NCBI GenBank assembly: GCA_016860985.1 | Contig: BOKM01000001.1 | Span: 463,462-527,461 of the forward strand | DNA from: Patescibacteria group bacterium | Lineage (GTDB): Bacteria; Patescibacteriota; Dojkabacteria; GCA-002793355 | Length of the DNA stretch: 64,000 nucleotides | Direction: 5' to 3' | Shown: piece after piece, positions 19,901-27,186 of the stretch | Numbering within the stretch: position 1 is the first letter of the stretch | Layout: every line of letters starts with the position of its first letter | The notes under the pieces: model-generated | What the model was told of the DNA's origin: nothing | The model's database searches: none | The model's input: the letters and a program-made list of their open reading frames with translations, nothing else | Program-made: the position numbers and the translations under genes

Positions 19901-20000
19901 CCGACAAGCCAGTAAAAACAATCAACTTGTTTTTTGGGATATCGACGTCAATATTCTTGAGATTGTTCTCGCGCGCACCGCGAATCGAGAGAAAGTCCAT
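16998..20000 (-). CDS. uvrA: Excinuclease ABC subunit A
   Basis: 1000 aa. '[55 protein letters not shown]', two ABC modules and zinc-finger CxxC pairs. Confidence 0.97.
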   Translation of the reverse strand: [1000 protein letters not shown]

Positions 20001-20045
20001 GAAGAGTATTATACAGGATTGTTCGAAAAAATGGAACTTATAACC

Positions 20046-20666
20046 TTATTGGACTCCGGCCTTCTTTAGCTTTGTAATCACAAAATATGTTAATGGTGTT
20101 GCCACTACTTCATATACTACTTTTACGACCCATTGAGTAAGAACCATCGTTACGATTTGTGCCGATGCTAATAGTCCTCCAAATGCGATCCCCAGAAATA
20201 AGATTGTATCTACACCTTCACCGAGCACCGTTGAGGAGATAGTTCTCAACCACAAAAACCTGCCCTTGGTCAATTCCTTGATTTTGTGCATGCTCCAAGC
20301 GTTTAAAAGAGAGCCTCCCAAATAGCCGGAAAATGAAGCAACGAGGATTCTCGGTGCTACACCTAAAATAGCATCAAAGCTGAGCTGTAAATCCCAAAAA
20401 GGAGCAGCAGGCAAGGCTTGGGCAGCAGCGATGGCAAGCACCACAATAAAGTTTGCAACAAAACCAAGTAGAATTGCGAATTTTGCTTTCTGAAATCCAA
20501 ATATCTCCGTCATTACATCTCCAATGATGTAACTTAATGGGAAAACTACTATACCAGCAGGAAGAAAAACGCCACCAAGTCCCACAATTTTTACAGCAAT
20601 TATATTGGCAGCAATCAGACAGGCAATAAATAAAGAGGTCAACCCAACAAAATAACCTGAATACAT
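20046..20666 (-). CDS. yhhQ: YhhQ/VUT-family queuosine-precursor (7-deazaguanine) transporter
   Basis: Polytopic membrane protein with 'YIIGDVMTEIFGFQKAK' and 'TVLGEGVDTILF', characteristic of DUF165/YhhQ. I chose ATG 20666; an upstream TTG at 20675 is also possible. Confidence 0.8.
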   Translation of the reverse strand: MYSGYFVGLTSLFIACLIAANIIAVKIVGLGGVFLPAGIVVFPLSYIIGDVMTEIFGFQKAKFAILLGFVANFIVVLAIAAAQALPAAPFWDLQLSFDAILGVAPRILVASFSGYLGGSLLNAWSMHKIKELTKGRFLWLRTISSTVLGEGVDTILFLGIAFGGLLASAQIVTMVLTQWVVKVVYEVVATPLTYFVITKLKKAGVQ

Positions 20667-20762
20667 AATTTGCAATCAAATTTATCTTTCTACCGATGAT
20701 ACATTAAGTTAGGCCCCCCCTCAATAGCTTGACTATGGGACCGCACTTCTTTAAAATAACGC

Positions 20763-21545
20763 ATGCGCCTTGCGATTATTGCACCAAATGCATATCTGCA
20801 GGATTTTTCAGCTTTTCATAACAACTCATACCATCTTGTTCTTGCACATCGATTCAACTCCGAGCCCGAATACCGTAGTTTTTACATTGAGCAAAGAAAG
20901 AAGACTCACAGTTTTATAATTCTTGATAACGGAGCTTGCGAACTCGGAGAGTCGATTAACAATGGCACACTACTAGAAACTGCCAGTGTCCTTCGTCCTG
21001 ACGTACTTGTTCTTCCCGACGTCTTGCATCAAAGTCAAGCAACAATTGCCAGAACAGAGAAATTCATTGAGTCCTATAAACACCAGAACAAAATAAAGTG
21101 CAAATTGATGGCAGTTGTACAGGGCAAAACAAGAAAGGAGTGGCTCTCAACATTATCTTCCTTTACCTCTAATCCATATATCGATATGATTGGGATTTCG
21201 AGTACAAACGCCGTATACCCGAAGACAAAAAACTACTATACCAGAATCAAAACACTTAGGTATTTGCATCAAAGACAACTTATAGGGAAGAAAAAAATTC
21301 ATATGCTCGGGTTAGATGACTCTGGACACTTCGAATTACGTCATTTCTCAAAATATTCCTTCATCGAAGGAGCAGATTCTAGCGCTCCAGTAGTTCATGG
21401 AGCAAAAGGGATAAAAATTTACAAGAACAAGCGTTACGAAAAGATTCGAACGTATCTACCAAGCGATGCAATCCTCACGAAGGAGCAGGTATTAGCAGTA
21501 AAAGCTAATCTGCAAGTATTTTTTGACATGGCTTCACATGAATAG
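20763..21545 (+). CDS. Minimal tRNA-guanine-transglycosylase (TGT/DpdA) superfamily-like protein
   Basis: 260 aa. Its ordered motifs 'ILDNGACE', 'AVVQGKT', 'MIGISS', 'HMLGLDD' and 'GADSSAPV' parallel the TGT motifs DSGGFQ, GIVQGG, GYAIGG, LMGVGKPDD and FDCVLPT. No C-terminal zinc subdomain is present. Confidence 0.6.
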   Translation: MRLAIIAPNAYLQDFSAFHNNSYHLVLAHRFNSEPEYRSFYIEQRKKTHSFIILDNGACELGESINNGTLLETASVLRPDVLVLPDVLHQSQATIARTEKFIESYKHQNKIKCKLMAVVQGKTRKEWLSTLSSFTSNPYIDMIGISSTNAVYPKTKNYYTRIKTLRYLHQRQLIGKKKIHMLGLDDSGHFELRHFSKYSFIEGADSSAPVVHGAKGIKIYKNKRYEKIRTYLPSDAILTKEQVLAVKANLQVFFDMASHE

Positions 21546-23292
21546 AAAAATATTTGTATCGGGCGAAGGTGCTCGAGGAGCAGGAAAAACCTCTACGTTA
21601 AATGTTCTACTGCAAGAATCTACGACTCCCACTGCTGTTAACAGGGTAGCCCCAAACATACCTACAGAGCACCTTCTTCTGATTGACACTCATAAAGCGA
21701 CAAGCCCGTTTCACAAGAGAGCGCTCGAAATACATAAACAGTGGGAAGAAGCCGTCAAAACCCCAGGTGAAGGTGCAGAGCGATTATCATGGAAAAAGTT
21801 TGAGCTCGGAATACTACAGCTACGGTATGAATCCGACAGCTATCACGACGCAACTAGCAAAGCGGAGCAAATTTTTCTCGATAGAGATATTGATACAGCT
21901 GTCGTATACTCTGCAGCAGAGATTATTTTATCCAATCCTCACAAATACGATTCGGTACGTTCGCATATTGCGCTACTACACAATCTATGGCAGAAAGTAT
22001 ATTCAGTATGCCAGACAAACGACTGGGACGTGAGCACTTTTCCACACCTTGATACCGAAGATGATGTCTTATCATTAGTTGATTTTTTAAAACAACAACC
22101 CTTAAGGGATATACCCACTAATACCTTTTACTTCTTTACAAAAGATAAGACTGAATCACTAAAAAGGAGCCACACTTTACGTATAGACACTGCACTCGAA
22201 TACAATCTCACCGTAGTACAGCAAGCAACACAAGATATTATCCAACCATTGTACCTCTATTCCTTTCTCATCCGAAAACAATTATTCCCTGAGGCGCAAG
22301 TTCATTATCTCTCTTCAGATGCGCACAACATCAAAGAGCTCGCGAATTTGGTAAAACTACATGTTAATACGACGACGCTTGAGGTTCCAGGCGCAGACCA
22401 TATCCCCGTTAAGCTACGAATACCTTTTAACAAAGACCACTCCCTACCCTCATCCATTGAGACGCTTAGCCAAGTAATATTCGAAAGCACTGTTGGATCA
22501 ACCTTCCCAAGCAAACGAGAAGTACACATTAATGGAGAATCAAATTGTGTTTACAACAATAAGGCACTGTACGAATACGCATCATTACTAGGACTTGGCC
22601 ACATTGAATTCGTCCAAATTCAACGAGAGACATTCTCTGAAACTTGTCCTGTCCACTGGGCGTGTATTGAGTGGCTTACTCCCCAAAGAGATACTGCACG
22701 AATAATTGATCTGACACCTTTTAGAATTAAGCCCTACATTTCCCAACCTTGTAAAGTTACACACAATGGGGATACATACCAACTGACCTCGCTCACACAA
22801 CAGCCTATTGAATTTACTCAAGTAAAGAAAGAAACGTCATTAATTCCAGAAAGAGCCATGGAATTCGCCTATAACGTTGAATATACTTTCCAGGAAGAAT
22901 CGTTACAAGCATTAACACGTGAGGGATATGAATTGTTAGGCCAATCAAACAACGAATCGCAGAATATATTTTTAACTATTAGGTTAGGAAGATTGTTGCA
23001 GAAACAGGAACGCATCCAAGAGGCAGTCGAATTGCTTGAGCGAGCAGTGACCACTTTCCCGCAAAATCTTATACTTGCCAGGGAAGTTGCAAAGTATGTC
23101 ATTGATGGGTACATTAAATTCGTACCACCGTATTTTTATACTTACCTCAGTAACGCAAACCAGATTCTTGAACGAACTACCCAAACAATGCGAGAACATG
23201 ATATTGATGAAACTGAAATCAATGCGTATTATGAGTATAGGAAATTTATTCCACATGCACTTAAGTTAATCACCGAAGAACATGAAAGTTGA
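21538..23292 (+). CDS. Multidomain protein: TMPK/dNK-like P-loop, transglutaminase-like Cys-His-Asp core, TPR-like tail
   Basis: 'IFVSGEGARGAGKTST' and 'LDRDIDTAVVYS' resemble thymidylate kinase motifs. 'NCVYNN..LLGLG..HWACIEWL..IIDLT' resembles a transglutaminase-like core. The C-terminus is helical-repeat-like. ATG 21538 overlaps the upstream TAG by 8 nt. Confidence 0.55.
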   Translation: MNRKIFVSGEGARGAGKTSTLNVLLQESTTPTAVNRVAPNIPTEHLLLIDTHKATSPFHKRALEIHKQWEEAVKTPGEGAERLSWKKFELGILQLRYESDSYHDATSKAEQIFLDRDIDTAVVYSAAEIILSNPHKYDSVRSHIALLHNLWQKVYSVCQTNDWDVSTFPHLDTEDDVLSLVDFLKQQPLRDIPTNTFYFFTKDKTESLKRSHTLRIDTALEYNLTVVQQATQDIIQPLYLYSFLIRKQLFPEAQVHYLSSDAHNIKELANLVKLHVNTTTLEVPGADHIPVKLRIPFNKDHSLPSSIETLSQVIFESTVGSTFPSKREVHINGESNCVYNNKALYEYASLLGLGHIEFVQIQRETFSETCPVHWACIEWLTPQRDTARIIDLTPFRIKPYISQPCKVTHNGDTYQLTSLTQQPIEFTQVKKETSLIPERAMEFAYNVEYTFQEESLQALTREGYELLGQSNNESQNIFLTIRLGRLLQKQERIQEAVELLERAVTTFPQNLILAREVAKYVIDGYIKFVPPYFYTYLSNANQILERTTQTMREHDIDETEINAYYEYRKFIPHALKLITEEHES

Positions 23293-23794
23293 TCAAGCAA
23301 AACTTGGAGTAGGTACAATCTGTTACCTACACTCAAACGACTCTTACTTACTAGGCGAAAAAAAGTACGGTGGCGCACAAGGTAAAGTTAATGGGTTTGG
23401 TGGCAAGATCGAAACGACAGACCAATCAATCTATGATGCAGTTAAGAGGGAATTTCGTGAAGAAACATCAATCCAACTCAACGCACCCAAGTATTGTGGC
23501 ATTATCGAAATTTTTAAGAACGAGACGAGAAAAGCAATTTTTTATCTGTTTAAAGCAGATGACTTTATCGGCCAACCTCAAGAATCTGAGGAGATGAAAG
23601 TGTACTGGGTGAAAAATACTGAGGTCCCTTTCGAAAAAATGTGGGCATCAGATGCATTATGGCTTCCACTCTTTCTTAAAAATGACAATATACGTGTAAA
23701 ACTTTATTTTCAGGAAGGCAATGACAAAGCAGATCGAATGGAAGTAACCTTTAATGCGACTCTAGATGAAACATATCACGAAAACTTTATCTAA
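23282..23794 (+). CDS. Nudix hydrolase, MTH1/NUDT1-like
   Basis: Nudix box 'GFGGKIETTDQSIYDAVKREFREETSI'. 'NGFGGK', 'ESEEMKVYW', 'PFEKMWASDALWLPLFL' and the rest of the length align with human MTH1. It overlaps the upstream gene by 11 nt. Confidence 0.8.
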   Translation: MKVDQAKLGVGTICYLHSNDSYLLGEKKYGGAQGKVNGFGGKIETTDQSIYDAVKREFREETSIQLNAPKYCGIIEIFKNETRKAIFYLFKADDFIGQPQESEEMKVYWVKNTEVPFEKMWASDALWLPLFLKNDNIRVKLYFQEGNDKADRMEVTFNATLDETYHENFI

Positions 23795-24668
23795 GGTTCC
23801 ATCCTATTTGATAGAAACTATTGAGAAGGAATCTATTCCCTACCTCGAGCAAGTTCGTGTAAAGGAATATTCTAAACGTCTTCCACCACTTGAAGGGCAA
23901 AGAGTTGCAGTAATCCCTTGGAGTGGTGGGTTAGACTCAACAACCAGTCTTATCATGGCGATAGAAGCAGGCATCTCAATCAGGACCATATTTCTGAATT
24001 ACGGACAACCTTACATAAAGAAAGAATTGCTCGCAACCAATAAGTTAGAAAAACTGATACGCGCAAAATATCCGGAAGCAGATTGGACCGAGCATTACAT
24101 AGTCGATGTGAGCTTCATAGACCAGCTTGTGAAATCGAAATTCAACGGAGAATGGGGACATATTTTCCCAATGCGTAACTTTCTCATCCTTGAAGAATCA
24201 GCCGCGATAGCACAACCAAATAGATACACAGAAGTTTGGTTTAGCAGTGTGCAAGGAGAAATGCCTTATTCAGGAGGAGACAAGAGTGTGGTATTTCTCA
24301 CCTATATGAAAGAAATTTTTGGAAAACGGAATATTAATTTAACCACGCCGCTCGTCGGCCTCACAAAGGCAGATATGGTTCAATGGGCTATTGCCCAACT
24401 AGATAGGTTCCGTATTATTCGACATACGATATCCTGCTTCAACGGAGAAGGAGATTCCCACTGTGGTGAATGTCAAGCTTGTTTCAATCGTGCAGTAGCA
24501 TTTTTCGCTGCAAATCAACTCCCACTTAGCGGAGTCCCTTACCACAAAAACGCATTGCAAAATTTTGGAGAAAATTATATTCGTAAACTTGCTAAAGAAA
24601 GTTATTACTCCCCAACAAGAAGAAGCCAGTTACAGCAGTTCATAAACTTTATAAGCCAACAAACATGA
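23766..24668 (+). CDS. QueC-like PP-loop ATPase (7-cyano-7-deazaguanine synthase family)
   Basis: 'VAVIPWSGGLDSTTS' PP-loop, 'NYGQ', 'TTPLVGLTKADM' and the zinc motif 'SCFNG...HCGECQACFNR' parallel E. coli QueC. It carries about 45 extra N-terminal residues. It overlaps the upstream gene by 29 nt. Confidence 0.8.
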   Translation: MKHITKTLSKVPSYLIETIEKESIPYLEQVRVKEYSKRLPPLEGQRVAVIPWSGGLDSTTSLIMAIEAGISIRTIFLNYGQPYIKKELLATNKLEKLIRAKYPEADWTEHYIVDVSFIDQLVKSKFNGEWGHIFPMRNFLILEESAAIAQPNRYTEVWFSSVQGEMPYSGGDKSVVFLTYMKEIFGKRNINLTTPLVGLTKADMVQWAIAQLDRFRIIRHTISCFNGEGDSHCGECQACFNRAVAFFAANQLPLSGVPYHKNALQNFGENYIRKLAKESYYSPTRRSQLQQFINFISQQT

Positions 24669-25534
24669 TTAGCTTTGTTATACCCTCTTATCAGCGAGCA
24701 GACGGTGCAATCTTTATGATACTTAATTTGTTGCACCAAACAGTTTTCACAAAATATCCAACAGAACTAATACTGTCTATTGATGAAACTGATACCCAAA
24801 AAGAATTGTATGCAAACTACATCATTCAAGCAAAAAAAATTGCGCAAGAAATCGTACCTGCATGTAACATATCACTCCTGGTTAATCAGACAAAAGGCTT
24901 AGTCGCAGCAAAGAATAACGCTGTGCGAGCTTCTAAATACGAGTTCATCATGATGCTCGATGATGATCTTGCTGCAGTAGATAATTACGTTGAAGCCTTG
25001 TTAGCCGACATGAAGGCTGCCCCTTCAGTAGGTGCTATTTCAGGATTTATAGTTTCATACCTTTCTGCTATATCTCACACTCAACCCTCCGATTTCATTG
25101 AAGAGGTACCTAAGGAATCGCATCTACAGACACTAAAACTGGACTCCAACAATGGTGCTTGGAGAACATTTTTCGGCAAGAAAGAGCAGGTCATGGATTG
25201 GAGTAGAATCAATAAGAATATTCCTTCTACGGTTCGCTATACCATGGACTATTTTGTCAATTCGTATCTCTTTAGAAGAAGCGCATACAACAAAATAGGT
25301 GGATACTCAAATGATTTAAATTCTAAGACATCTGCCCACGAGGAGGTCGATTTCACTTATAGAATGAGAAAAGCTGGCTACCAACTTCTTTTTAATCCAT
25401 TTGTCCAGATGTGGCATATTACCGTCGGCCACGGAGGTATCTACAAAGGAGCAGATTACAATGAGAGTAAAGAAATCTTAGAAAAAGAGTATAAAGAAAG
25501 TATACCTCTATTTGTTCAGTCGATTTCCAGGTAG
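24665..25534 (+). CDS. Glycosyltransferase family 2
   Basis: 'SFVIPSYQRADG' and 'IMMLDDDL' (DxD) match a GT2 fold. The start overlaps the upstream stop as ATGA. Confidence 0.75.
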   Translation: MISFVIPSYQRADGAIFMILNLLHQTVFTKYPTELILSIDETDTQKELYANYIIQAKKIAQEIVPACNISLLVNQTKGLVAAKNNAVRASKYEFIMMLDDDLAAVDNYVEALLADMKAAPSVGAISGFIVSYLSAISHTQPSDFIEEVPKESHLQTLKLDSNNGAWRTFFGKKEQVMDWSRINKNIPSTVRYTMDYFVNSYLFRRSAYNKIGGYSNDLNSKTSAHEEVDFTYRMRKAGYQLLFNPFVQMWHITVGHGGIYKGADYNESKEILEKEYKESIPLFVQSISR

Positions 25535-25577
25535 AATCCTTGCCCTCAAGCTGTTTCCGTGTTAAACTCGCGCAAAG

Positions 25578-26372
25578 ATGAAATCCCCGTATGTTCAGGG
25601 TTTGAAACAGGGGTTCGCCGAACTTTCAGTCTACTCTCTCGATTTCCTGTTTGGGTTATTCCAAGCAGTTGCGCTTGTCGGCTTTGAAATACTCCTGTGG
25701 ACTTTTGTCCTCCCTGCTGATAACCAAACTGCCCTATTTGAACGCACCTCTTATTTTTTGCTAGCCAATGGCATTGCCTTGGTAATCGGAGGTGCCCGAT
25801 ATCGCTTTGCCAGAGATTTATCACTCGTCATCAAAGAGGGAACGTTGTCGCACTACCTTCTTAAACCGATTAATCCTGTACTTTACATCTATTCAGAACA
25901 TGTTGGAGGAAAAGGACCAGATTTTATGATCGGATTAATTTTTATAATCATGGGAACTTTGTGGATACCGACCTTTACGCTCGTTAAGCTACCATTGTTG
26001 TTGATAACGCTGGCTGCAGCTCTCATAAATACAATCTCACTAAACGTTATCGCAGGGGCTGTAGCCTTTTGGACAACCGAGGCAAACGGTATTAAGAATG
26101 CCTTTGCGCAAACAACGCGATTATTTAACGGACAGCAAGTTCCCATCAATCTTTTCATGGAAATGATCAGTCCTTTTTGGGCGCAATTCTTGTATATTCT
26201 CCCCTTCGCAAGTGTTGCATATACGCCAACGCACATAGTTATTGCCAAAACATTCGACGCAATAGATTTTAGATTTATCATCGCTTCGATTATCTGGGCG
26301 TTCATTCTCCCGTTACTCGCAACACTAATTTGGAATAGAGGACTCAAACGATATGAGGGGACTGGTCTCTAA
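25578..26372 (+). CDS. ABC-2 type transporter permease
   Basis: 264 aa with about 6 TM segments, in an ABC-2 (DUF990-like) permease pair followed by an ATPase. TGtTAAACT box at 25560-25568. Confidence 0.65.
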   Translation: MKSPYVQGLKQGFAELSVYSLDFLFGLFQAVALVGFEILLWTFVLPADNQTALFERTSYFLLANGIALVIGGARYRFARDLSLVIKEGTLSHYLLKPINPVLYIYSEHVGGKGPDFMIGLIFIIMGTLWIPTFTLVKLPLLLITLAAALINTISLNVIAGAVAFWTTEANGIKNAFAQTTRLFNGQQVPINLFMEMISPFWAQFLYILPFASVAYTPTHIVIAKTFDAIDFRFIIASIIWAFILPLLATLIWNRGLKRYEGTGL

Positions 26373-27171
26373 CCTACGATTCTACTTTCGAGTACTTGCA
26401 AAAAAGATTTTGTTTGCCTGGCAGATAGAAACGGCTTACGCAGGGAACACGATAGGTGAGCTTTTTTCAACCATTTTTTACAACATTACCTTTATTATTT
26501 TTATCGATATTGTACTGCGAAAATATAAGCTGCTCGCTGGCTACTCTTTCAACGATATGCTGGTACTTGTTTTTGTGACACAGATTGTATTCTATACAGG
26601 ACTAACTATTACTTACGATAGCATGTCAAAATTCGTACAATCTGTAAGAGATGGTATTTTTGATACGTACCTTCTCAAACCGATGTCTGTTTTCTTTCAA
26701 GTGATGACCTTAAGCATCAGGCCGTTTTCTGGGCTGTTCTTTTCTGTTCCACCATTGCTAATTTATGTAGTGCTCATCATTAAAAATCAAGCATTTCATC
26801 CCGAACCTTTTGGGCTAACGGTTGGCTTACTTGGAATGTTGGTTGGGATTCTCTACCTTCATTTTTATCGATTTACGTTTGCGATGTTCGTGTTTAAAAC
26901 AAAACAGGTAAAAAACCTACTCAAAACACTTGACCTACTTGGGGATGCTGGATCTTTTCCCTACGAGGCTTATGTTGAACCGTTTAGAACAATTGTCTTT
27001 TTTATTGCGCCATTTCTTGCTGCGGCTGCCATTCCTGCAACCTACTTCTTAAACAAAACGACTTCTCTTTGGCCATTTGTTATTCAGATTGGACTCATGC
27101 TATTTTTTATGACTACTGCACTACTTTTATGGAGAAAAGGATTAAAAGAATATGAATCAATTTCATCTTAA
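26353..27171 (+). CDS. ABC-2 type transporter permease
   Basis: 272-aa polytopic paralogue-like partner. It overlaps the upstream permease gene by 20 nt. Confidence 0.65.
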   Translation: MRGLVSNLRFYFRVLAKKILFAWQIETAYAGNTIGELFSTIFYNITFIIFIDIVLRKYKLLAGYSFNDMLVLVFVTQIVFYTGLTITYDSMSKFVQSVRDGIFDTYLLKPMSVFFQVMTLSIRPFSGLFFSVPPLLIYVVLIIKNQAFHPEPFGLTVGLLGMLVGILYLHFYRFTFAMFVFKTKQVKNLLKTLDLLGDAGSFPYEAYVEPFRTIVFFIAPFLAAAAIPATYFLNKTTSLWPFVIQIGLMLFFMTTALLLWRKGLKEYESISS

Positions 27172-27186
27172 TTATTCACCCCTATT

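Noticed and set aside
20667-20762. Possible preQ1 riboswitch upstream of the YhhQ-type transporter gene
   Set aside because: The context made this attractive. However, the leader lacks the preQ1-I hairpin plus A-rich tail (…CCC…AAAAAACUA) and does not resemble the preQ1-II sequences I recall. I kept it only as an unexplained hairpin finding.
25546-25824. 92-aa minus-strand ORF, together with the 152-aa ORF at 25889-26347
   Set aside because: They overlap the ABC-2 permease genes on the opposite strand. They have no motifs and no promoter-like context.
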